Shown one piece after another: positions 1-9,200 of a DNA stretch of 34,166 nt. Under the pieces are notes generated by a model. It made no database searches and was not told where the DNA came from. It saw only the letters and a program-made list of their open reading frames with translations. The position numbers and the translations under genes are program-made. How positions within the stretch are numbered: the first letter of the stretch is position 1; each line of letters begins with the position of its first letter. This DNA comes from a virus (Duplodnaviria > Caudoviricetes), in the IMG/VR virus record IMGVR_UViG_3300030012_004344, positions 1-34,166 of that record; one strand, 5' to 3'.

Positions 1-3000
1 TTCCTTGACCTGTAACAGATATGTTATTACCAAATGTGGATGTATTGTCTACATTTAATGTGCCATCAAGATCAGTATTACCAGTTACATTTAAAATATC
101 TGTAATTTGAACAGTGCCACCAGCAGAGTCTAATATTAGATTACCTGATGAAGTATCAATTTCATTGTCATTTGTAATTGCGACCTTAATATTTCCAAAT
201 GTACCTCCACCACCAGTGAAGTTGTTTGATCCTAGATCAATGTCACTACCTACGGTCAATGACCCAGATACAGATACATCATCGTCAAGGGTAATTGTAC
301 CACCAGCAGAGTCAATTACTAAATTACCAGTGCTTGTGTCAATCTCATTATTTGCTGTGATACCAAATCTAATGTTATCAAATTGTGCACCATCATTACC
401 AGTAACTTGTCCTGATATCACTGCTGTTCCTGATACTGTTAAGTTGTCAGTAATTTGAACAGTTCCACCAGCAGAGTCTAATATTAGATTACCTGATGAA
501 GTATCAATTTCATTAGCAGCAGTAATACCAATCTTCACACTATCAATGGTTGCACCTGTCGCAGTTAAACCACCAATGTTGTAAGTTTCTGTTCCTGTTC
601 CAACTGTGCCACTTGTTTCCTTACTTACAAGTTCAATCCAGTTTCCAGCATGAGCAAAGAATCCTTTTCCTACAGCGTGAACATGAGCGAACATACCATG
701 ATATGTGCCAGCATTTGGTAAATCAGAATAGTTAGCGTATAGTGATGGAATCTTATTCTGACCAGATATACCCTCTATGATACCATTTGCATCGATTAAT
801 CCTGCAAATGTGGATATACCAGCTACTGTTAAATCTCCTCCGATATTGGTATTTTTCTCAATACCCATACCACCTTCAATTACATAACAACCCTCATCTT
901 TATTATTTGATTGAGTTGTATCTGTAATTTCTAGAGTGCTATTAATTTTAAGTGTGCCTGTAATTGTACAGTTATCATTGACTTTAATTTCATTGTTGAA
1001 CGTAACAGGACCATCAAACTGTGATAACACTCGATTTGATTTACCACCCTCAACTATAATTCTCTCTTTAACAACTACCTCATCAAATATAACACTCAAT
1101 CTTGATGGATCTTGACCTGTAACTGTTGGAGTTGGTGCATCAAATGTTGTCTCTTCACCAGTTGTAGATGTGACTCTCTTGTTTCCAATATAAAAGTCAC
1201 CTCTGTTATTCATACCAGTGTAAACAACAGCACCACCACTTTTCTCTTGCGATTGTGATAAGAACTCTTCTCTCTCTGTAAGTGTTCTGTTCTGAACCTG
1301 TGGTAGACCAGTTGAGTAGTTACCTGGACCAAAACCAAGATATTCAAAAGTGTGACCTGATGCACGAAGTATTGACGGTCTTCGGAACTCAACAGAAAGA
1401 GGTTTGATTTTTTTAACTATTGAATTTACTGCGTGACTCGCTTTTAAACTACCAAGCACACCTCGAATCACTGTAATTTCATCTAATCCAGATCCACTTA
1501 AAGATGAACTGGTGACTCTCATCATTTCATTATCAATCTGAATATATGATCCAATTGGTATACGAGTTACAGTGCCGATACCAGAATTAATAGGTGTAAT
1601 TCTTAAATTCGTATCAATTACATTATTTGTAATTGCAGCAACAAGAGTAAATGATTGATTATCATAAAATGTTAAGTTTCTCGCACCAATACTTTCTGTT
1701 GTTGCATCTGAATTTGCGTTTGATGAATTTAATCCGTTTGGTAATATACGAACACCAGCAAGATTTGAATTTGTAATTGCAGAGAAGTTAGTGACACTAA
1801 TCTTCTCTTTTACAGAGAATGTACCTAGATTATTGTTTGACGTATCAAGAACCGTAAATTTATTTCCTGATACAAATCCATGTGCTGACTGACATACAAA
1901 AGTTGATATTCCTGTAGCGGAATCAAATGTATCTGATGTAATAGTAACTGCTACACCAACATTAATTGCATATTGACCAGATATAATTAAAGGATCACCA
2001 GATGTCTTCGCAACAGAAACAGATGTTGTAGATGGGCAAGCAGTAATTCTATAATGTCCACCAGCAGTTGTACCAATACCTGTGATTTGTAGTACATCAT
2101 TTTCACAACTTGATATTTCATTTTGAGTGATAGTGTATCTTGCATTACCATCTCCAGTTCCAATGGCAGTGGCATCAAAAAATAACCCTTCAGGTGTATA
2201 AGATGATCCACCAGTAATAATATCTACATTGGAAACACCACCACCAGATACTACAACTCTCGCAGTTGCACCTTTCCATGTTCCTGAAGCAGAACCGCTT
2301 AACAATCTAACATTCTGGAATGTCCCATTATTATAAGCTGCACCACCTGTAATCGTACCAGTGCTAATACCACTGAAATTATGCTCTCGATTAAATCCGA
2401 TGGTCGCGATACCAGCAGATGAATCAACAGTTGCGATTGATAGACCAACACCAAAAACTTTAAGAACACTGTCAATAGATTCTCTAGTGATGCTCTTTTT
2501 AAGATCATTAGTTACAACTTCGCCAAGAGGAGCTCTCTTTGCAAAAGATACAGCAGCAGGTGGGTTATCATTGAAGTTATCTTTATCTAATTGTGGATAT
2601 AAATCAACTACTTTCTGACTATACTTATTACCTGTAAATTCAGTAGGCATTGAATTATCTGCCTTCAAAATATAAAGATGATAGACACCATCCTGTACAT
2701 TTTCAATATGAGGAGATATAGTCTCACTTCTATAAATGTAGAAGTTAGATTTAAGATCGTTTCTTTCAAATCTTGGTAGATCTGTATTTCTGATAGTTAC
2801 ATCATTGGTAGAATTTGTACCTGTGCTATGAACAACACCATCTACATCAGTTGTGGAATATTTAAACTGTTTATCATTAGTAATTTCAGATACAGAGAAT
2901 GTGCCATTGAATCCTAAATTGTCTGTACCAGCAGTATTTGTGCTACTTGTGACATTCTTAACTATGATATCATCACCAACATTCAAGTCATGAGGTATTT

Positions 3001-5578
3001 CACTAATGACAGTTACAATATTAGATGTTTGTGTACAAGTTCCAATAAATCTTGGATTACGATTAAAATCAAAGTCTGCTGTAGTTAAATTTGATAATCC
3101 AACATCAGCGTTCTTTCTGAATCCTGTACTACTTGACTCCTGTATAATAAAACTTTCTTCTGGATTTTTTGTATTAGGAAGTTCTTTTGGTATTGCGACA
3201 CGAACTCTATAAATTTTATCGTCAAGTGATCTGTCATCATCTCTTCTTGTGAGGAATGATGTCTTTGTTTTTACTATCCCAGAACTTGAATTGATTGATG
3301 TATATGCACTGTTTGTTGTTGCAACTTTAATAAACCACTGTGAGTTTACATCATCATATTGAATTGGTGATCCAATTTCACCTGCTTCCTTGTCATGAAC
3401 ACGACTTACGATTGATAATTTTGTACCTTGAAAGACTGTAATCGCTGTATTATTGTTAGCGTTAGTAAGAGTTGATGCAAGTTTGATTTGTGTATCTGAA
3501 TCTCTGATCGCAAAGTAAACTTTATTTTCTTCTATATTTTCTGGTAAATCACCATCATCACTGAATATTCTTACCTTCTCACCTGTCTGAATTGTATGAG
3601 TTGGAACTGTGAATACATTGTTTGTAGGACCAGATGTAACTACATATCTTTTCTCACTTGTATTTGTTCCAATACCTATTGTAGATCCAGCACCGATGAT
3701 ATTATCAAGCATCTGAATATGTGCTGTGACAGTTGCTGCTGATCCAACTTGAACGGATAATGAATCATCAATTTTTGCACCAACTCGATAACCTTGAATT
3801 AAAATTGGTGGTGCATCATCTTTATCTTCAAATCCAAAGAGATACAAATGACTTGATATACCAACTGATTTTGTTTTTGTAACATCAAGTTGTAACCAAT
3901 CAATAGGTAAACTTTTGGTTGTGATTGCTTTCGGAGTGATAATTGATGTTATAAATCCTTTGTTATCTTTTGCAAATGCTTCTTTCTTAAATCCTTCAGC
4001 AACAAGTGATATTTGTCCAAAGTTTGAGTTTGAGTTAGTGATAGATGCATCACCACCTGATTGAGCATCGAAATGTTTATTGTAACCTATTGCAAATACA
4101 GATACAACCTGTAAAACTGCATCATTAATAATTGATATATGAGTTGTATCCCATCCAGTTCGATATATCGCACCTGAATCTAAATGATAAACTGTGGATT
4201 GATCTAAAGATGAAGATTGTGTTGATAATGCAGATCCTTTTACAGTTGTAAGTGCGATACCCTCATATAATCTATTTGTTGGATTATATTTTACAAATGC
4301 TCTATCATCTTTCTGCAATGAAATACCAGTAAACTGGGCAACAACCATTGAACGGAATCCATTTGCCTTTTTACCATCTGCTTTCATTCCCTGCATACCA
4401 AATACTGATCTTAATGAACAGTTAAAGATATAAGGGGATGCACCAGATACAGTATCTGTTTCAACAGTAATTGTTGCAGAAGAAATGTTTGGTGTTGCTG
4501 GTAAGTTTTCTCGTACAAAAGGTAAAACATATGTAAACTGTTTACTATTTGCAACAGTTGCCACCTTTGTTGAAATATTATAGTCGACTGGAGTAACACC
4601 TCTTATCTTTATTGGTGTTCCTACATTTAATCCATGATCTTGTGGAGTTGATACAGTCACAACAGAACCAGGTGTATTTCCATCTCCAGAAATAATACTA
4701 CCGCCTGATACAGGGATGGGGTCAGATTTAAATGCACCAACTATCTCAAATTCCATTCTCTGTTTTGAGAACCCAAGAGTATTTGAGGGGAACTTTTGAT
4801 CAATATCTCTACCTGATGCTAAATTAAAGGCATTGGATAGTTTACTATAATACATATCCAAATCAGTGATGGTATAACCTGGTGGGTTATTAACACCATC
4901 TGCATATTCAAAACATGTTAGTTTGTGGTGAGAAAAAGTAGGTTTTGCTTGATTAGTTGTAGAGAAATCAGAATCATCTGTATATACAAGACCTGTATCA
5001 AGACCATCAAAGAAAGAAAACTGCCAAAAGTAACAACCACCAGTAATTCTAAAAATTGCAGATGTTCCAACACTTGGATCAGTTGGATTTGGAACATATA
5101 GAGGTCTGATTTTTGTTTTTCTTAAATCAAGACCAACAATTGACGTACCACGAGGGATAATACATCCACCATTTATACTATTAAACTTATAAAGAATATT
5201 ATCTTCTTGAGTTAAATCAAAATTAGATGTAAGATTTAGAGTTAAAGTATCTTGTGCAACAGTACCAACACCACCTGATGGGGGAACTGCGTATGCAGTA
5301 CCACTATTATTATAGATTGCAAAACCAGGTCTATTATCAATTACATGATCACCAGGATATACTAATATTGTTGTCTTTTCGGTTATATCATTATTTGTTC
5401 CCCTTACATATGAAAATCTCGCAGATTCAAGCAGAGCTCTTTGAATCGTTTTAAATGGTTGTGCTAATGAATTACCTTGATTTGATATACTATCAGTAGC
5501 ATCCAGATCATTAGGATTTACATAGAGAATTTTTCCCTCTGTGTTCTTTATAAAATTCTCTAACTTATTAAGAGGCAT
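1..5578 (-). CDS. Very large virion structural / tail fibre protein (partial, runs off the left edge; >1,850 codons)
   Basis: ATG at 5578 gives MPLNKLENFIKNTEGKILYVNPNDLDATDSISNQGNSLAQPFKTIQRAL. The same frame reads G/T/S/N-rich fibre sequence at the window edge (LNVTGNTDLDGTLNVDNTSTFG). It is absent from the ORF track, consistent with having no stop in the window. A late-promoter motif ATAAATA lies at 5610-5616. Confidence 0.88.
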   Translation of the reverse strand, partial: MPLNKLENFIKNTEGKILYVNPNDLDATDSISNQGNSLAQPFKTIQRALLESARFSYVRGTNNDITEKTTILVYPGDHVIDNRPGFAIYNNSGTAYAVPPSGGVGTVAQDTLTLNLTSNFDLTQEDNILYKFNSINGGCIIPRGTSIVGLDLRKTKIRPLYVPNPTDPSVGTSAIFRITGGCYFWQFSFFDGLDTGLVYTDDSDFSTTNQAKPTFSHHKLTCFEYADGVNNPPGYTITDLDMYYSKLSNAFNLASGRDIDQKFPSNTLGFSKQRMEFEIVGAFKSDPIPVSGGSIISGDGNTPGSVVTVSTPQDHGLNVGTPIKIRGVTPVDYNISTKVATVANSKQFTYVLPFVRENLPATPNISSATITVETDTVSGASPYIFNCSLRSVFGMQGMKADGKKANGFRSMVVAQFTGISLQKDDRAFVKYNPTNRLYEGIALTTVKGSALSTQSSSLDQSTVYHLDSGAIYRTGWDTTHISIINDAVLQVVSVFAIGYNKHFDAQSGGDASITNSNSNFGQISLVAEGFKKEAFAKDNKGFITSIITPKAITTKSLPIDWLQLDVTKTKSVGISSHLYLFGFEDKDDAPPILIQGYRVGAKIDDSLSVQVGSAATVTAHIQMLDNIIGAGSTIGIGTNTSEKRYVVTSGPTNNVFTVPTHTIQTGEKVRIFSDDGDLPENIEENKVYFAIRDSDTQIKLASTLTNANNNTAITVFQGTKLSIVSRVHDKEAGEIGSPIQYDDVNSQWFIKVATTNSAYTSINSSSGIVKTKTSFLTRRDDDRSLDDKIYRVRVAIPKELPNTKNPEESFIIQESSSTGFRKNADVGLSNLTTADFDFNRNPRFIGTCTQTSNIVTVISEIPHDLNVGDDIIVKNVTSSTNTAGTDNLGFNGTFSVSEITNDKQFKYSTTDVDGVVHSTGTNSTNDVTIRNTDLPRFERNDLKSNFYIYRSETISPHIENVQDGVYHLYILKADNSMPTEFTGNKYSQKVVDLYPQLDKDNFNDNPPAAVSFAKRAPLGEVVTNDLKKSITRESIDSVLKVFGVGLSIATVDSSAGIATIGFNREHNFSGISTGTITGGAAYNNGTFQNVRLLSGSASGTWKGATARVVVSGGGVSNVDIITGGSSYTPEGLFFDATAIGTGDGNARYTITQNEISSCENDVLQITGIGTTAGGHYRITACPSTTSVSVAKTSGDPLIISGQYAINVGVAVTITSDTFDSATGISTFVCQSAHGFVSGNKFTVLDTSNNNLGTFSVKEKISVTNFSAITNSNLAGVRILPNGLNSSNANSDATTESIGARNLTFYDNQSFTLVAAITNNVIDTNLRITPINSGIGTVTRIPIGSYIQIDNEMMRVTSSSLSGSGLDEITVIRGVLGSLKASHAVNSIVKKIKPLSVEFRRPSILRASGHTFEYLGFGPGNYSTGLPQVQNRTLTEREEFLSQSQEKSGGAVVYTGMNNRGDFYIGNKRVTSTTGEETTFDAPTPTVTGQDPSRLSVIFDEVVVKERIIVEGGKSNRVLSQFDGPVTFNNEIKVNDNCTITGTLKINSTLEITDTTQSNNKDEGCYVIEGGMGIEKNTNIGGDLTVAGISTFAGLIDANGIIEGISGQNKIPSLYANYSDLPNAGTYHGMFAHVHAVGKGFFAHAGNWIELVSKETSGTVGTGTETYNIGGLTATGATIDSVKIGITAANEIDTSSGNLILDSAGGTVQITDNLTVSGTAVISGQVTGNDGAQFDNIRFGITANNEIDTSTGNLVIDSAGGTITLDDDVSVSGSLTVGSDIDLGSNNFTGGGGTFGNIKVAITNDNEIDTSSGNLILDSAGGTVQITDILNVTGNTDLDGTLNVDNTSTFGNNISVTGQG
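102..514. repeat. 65-bp direct repeat (102-166 and 450-514, one mismatch) plus a diverged copy near 291-349
   Basis: gtaatttgaacagt(g/t)ccaccagcagagtctaatattagattacctgatgaagtatcaatttcatt occurs twice, 348 bp apart (in frame). It encodes NEIDTSSGNLILDSAGGTVQIT on the minus strand. Confidence 0.92.
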
Positions 5579-5608
5579 CGCTTAACTTACACAAAATATT
5601 ACTATGTT

Positions 5609-5866
5609 CTATTTATCCGCTTTGGAATCCTGTTGAACTTCAGACCTTACTTGATTAACCATGGCTTGCCTTTGCATTGCTTTCCTTTTCGCTTTTAAAC
5701 GTGCAGCAAGTTTCTCTCTCGCACTAACATCAGCATCATGCTCTTTCTCCTTTGGTTTTTCTCTGTTAACGGATGGATTTGGAGTTGATTTAAATTTACT
5801 TACTGCGTCTCTTTGTTTTTGGCGAAGAGTATCGATATTCTCTTTTAATTTATCGAAAGATTTCAT
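5609..5866 (-). CDS. Small basic coiled-coil protein, possible internal head protein
   Basis: 85 aa, K/R/E/Q-rich, N-terminus MKSFDKLKE, with its own ATAAATA motif at 5878-5884. Confidence 0.7.
   Translation of the reverse strand: MKSFDKLKENIDTLRQKQRDAVSKFKSTPNPSVNREKPKEKEHDADVSAREKLAARLKAKRKAMQRQAMVNQVRSEVQQDSKADK
5610..5616 (-). promoter_or_regulatory. T4-like late promoter (ATAAATA)
   Basis: ATAAATA about 30 nt upstream of the fibre ATG at 5578. Confidence 0.65.
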
Positions 5867-5877
5867 GGGTTTTTAAG

Positions 5878-5884
5878 TATTTAT
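5878..5884 (-). promoter_or_regulatory. T4-like late promoter (ATAAATA)
   Basis: Motif lies 11 nt upstream of the ATG at 5866. Confidence 0.65.
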
Positions 5885-6015
5885 CAGCATCCATCATCAT
5901 GTGTTGTGTGGATACGTACAATTTCATCATCATGTTCCCTCATTTGATTTTTTTCTTTTTCTTCTTCTTCTTTTATCTTGTGAGGTGATTGGTGTAAAAT
6001 AGATTTGTTCTTCAT
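5884..6015 (-). CDS. Possible small overlapping ORF (43 aa, MKNKSILHQSPHKIKEEEEKEKNQMREHDDEIVRIHTTHDDGC)
   Basis: Translated by hand. It fills the gap up to the next late promoter and overlaps the 3' end of 5930-6166 in another frame. Confidence 0.3.
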   Translation of the reverse strand: MKNKSILHQSPHKIKEEEEKEKNQMREHDDEIVRIHTTHDDGC

Positions 6016-6166
6016 CTAATTTTTGTTTACAAATTTTAAGCACACCCATAAATTCATCAGGTGTTTCACATTTTATATATCTCTCCTCTCCAGTATCACT
6101 AAAGATAACAAATTTTCTAGATGAAATGTTAATTAAGACTGATTCTACAAATCCATCAAAAGACAT
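5930..6166 (-). CDS. Hypothetical cyanophage protein (78 aa from MSFDGFVES)
   Basis: ORF track 5930..6202. The internal ATG at 6166 is preferred because it lies downstream of a CTATATA late-like motif near 6190. Confidence 0.65.
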   Translation of the reverse strand: MSFDGFVESVLINISSRKFVIFSDTGEERYIKCETPDEFMGVLKICKQKLDEEQIYFTPITSQDKRRRRKRKKSNEGT

Positions 6167-6212
6167 AAGTGATACCCGTACCCACTCATTATATAGGATC
6201 AAGATTATTATG

Positions 6213-9200
6213 TCAACCTTCCAGTTTTTCTAATCGTGACTTAAGATTCTCTATTGTTTGTTGTTGTTCCTTCATTGCCTCAATCAACAATGGCACAAGT
6301 TTCTCATAACGAACAGTCATATAGTTTTCATCAGCGGGTGCAGGAGCAACAGCTTCTGGTAAAACTTCCTTAACTTCTTGAGCAGATACTCCAACATGAA
6401 TCTCTTCCTTATCATATCCAAGATCAGCAGCAGTATCATTAAAGTTGAATGTAAATCCACTCAATGACATGAGTTTTTCTAGAGGACTTTCAATTGGTGT
6501 GATATTTGTCTTCAATCTCATGTCAGATGCGAAAGCAGTGATGTTATCTGTGCATAAAATTTGTCCACCATTAGTAAGTGTAATTTTAACAGTGTTTGGT
6601 GTAGATCCTAAATTACCACCAGTATTCATAATTCTTACACCATTATCGAATCTCATTGAACAATATCCATCATTCAAATCAACTATGTCTCCATCATCAG
6701 ATAGACGAACACCACCACCTGTATCATTATCATGATTAAGAGATATACTACCATTTAATCGTAAATCATTTGTCGATGGATTATAACTAATTCCAGCATC
6801 AGTATAGACTGTCTCTGCAGTTGCTGTTGAATTATTGTCAGTTACAAATGTCAGATAATGAGTTGAATTATTTCCTCTAGATTGAGTCTTGATCTGGTCT
6901 GCGTTAGAAGCATTAGGGACACTATTTAAGTTGATAGTTTCCCAACTCCATGTGCTACCGTTAGACATAGCAACTTGACCATTATTTCCATTATCACCTG
7001 TACTATCCTGTAGTTCAGTGATTCTTGCTGCAAGTAGTGTAAATAAATTAGATTGTGGATTATAAGTTAATTGGTCATCATAAAATACACTATTCTGTGT
7101 GCCATTATTACCATTTAAAAATGCAATGTATCGTGTGGCATTTGTATCTTCTTCAGATGCCTGTACGCTTTGAGCACCACCAGCATTTGCAGTTCCCCAT
7201 GCCCATCCACCAGAACCATTTGCAATCGGAACCTCGCCAGTTGTTCCAGAATTACCAGTTGATTCCTGAATTGTTGCTGGTCTAATCTTACTAACAGTAA
7301 ATAAATTACTACTTGGATTGTAATGTAACTGATCATCATGTCTTAAATTTTTTGTGCCATCACCACTTCCCTCAACAAAAGTAAGATAATGTAAAGTTGA
7401 AGAATCTGTTTCATCAGAGAATATTTGTAATGATGATCCAGCAGAGGGTACACCCCAATCCCAACCACCTGATCCATTCGCCACAGGAACATTACCAGTA
7501 GATCCTGTATTACCACTCGCATTTTGAATTTGTGCTGGTTTGATTTTTTGAGATACAAGAACATTTGTATTTGGATTATAATATAAATCACCATCTGTAT
7601 AAACACTTTCATATGAGAGAGATCCATTATTACTATCAACAAAAGTTAAGTAATGCGATGCGTTAGTTGCCCTTACTTGTGTTCTTACTGTATTTGCTTG
7701 TGAAACAGTCGCTGCACTAAAGTTAATACCAGTTGTAGTGATACTTGTGACTCTTCCCTTTGCGTCAATAGTAGGAATTGGAACTTGAGTGGAACTTCCA
7801 TATGTTCCAGCACTCACTCCTGTTGCTGCTAAAGTTGCATTTGTAAGATTAATATTTGCAGTACCATCAAAGGATATATTATCAGTGCTTATATCACCAG
7901 AAACTGTAAAGGTTCTTGGATTAGTTAATTTGTTTGCCTGTGCAACAGTTGCAGTACCAAAGTTTATACCCGTTTGACTGATGGCAGTCACAAGACCTTG
8001 ATCATTTACAGTTACAACAGGTGTATTTTGACTATTACCAAATTGTCCCGCTGATAATCCACTTATTGTTTTTAATTTACCTCTTAATATGACATTGGCA
8101 GTACCATTAAATGCAACACCAGCAGCAGATACATCACCAGCATTGTTTGTTCCTGTATTTCCATCAATACTAAAGTTACGATTATTTGCTAATTGAACTG
8201 CTGTTTGAACAGTCGCGTTAGTAAAATTGATATTTCTAGTGCTTGCAGAAGTAACTCTCCCCTTTGCATCAACAGTAACTTGTGCATATTGTGTGCCAGT
8301 GGAATTTCCATAAGTTCCAGCAGACACACCACTATTAGCAAGAGAAGTAACTAGATTTACATTACCAGTTCCATTAAATGATACTGCTGATGCTGATATA
8401 TCTCCCGTCGCACTAAAGTTTCGAGAGTTTGACAAAGCATCAGCGAAATTAGCTGTTCCCTGAAATGCACCGTTAAATGTTGTTGCAAATATATTACGGA
8501 ACTTAAGTGATGAGTTACCAATATCATATTGATTATTATCCTCTGGTAAAATGACAGAATCACCTGATGTAGCAAACCTTAATCTTGCACTACCACCACC
8601 TTCTGCATCATATATTCTGACACCATTTGCCATTCTGATTGAACAATATCCATCATTTAAATCAACGATATCACCATCATCGCCTAACTCAATACCACCA
8701 CCAGTTACATTATTAACTGTAACATGAAGTGATCCACCGAGTGTAAGTAAACCAGTGCTTGGATTATATTTTAATGACTCATCAGTAAAAACACTTTCAT
8801 AAGTATTTGATGAGTTATCAGAATCAACAAATGTTATATGATGAGTTGCATTTGTATCCCTTGTAACTGTGCGAATCGCATTTGCATTTTGTGCTGTACC
8901 AACAGTGGATGTAAGGAAATCAATGGCAACCTCACTTGCTGCAGTTATTCTTCCTTTACCATCAACTGTGATTCTTGAGTATGATGTTCCAGTTGTGTTA
9001 CCAAATGTCCCAACATTACTATTGACTGTATCTAAAGTTGTGTTGAGGGTGACATTACCCGTACCATCAAAGTTTTGTGCTGGAGCATCAACATCTCCTG
9101 TAATCGTAAACGTTCTTACATTTTGAAGTGCTGTTGCTGTATCAGAATTACCAGTGATGCTTGCTGTGACATTATCAGCAAAAACATTTCTCCATCTTGT

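Noticed and set aside
102-514. Near-identical repeat pair as a diversity-generating retroelement TR/VR
   Set aside because: There is only one synonymous mismatch, both copies are inside the same reading frame, and there is no reverse transcriptase in the window.
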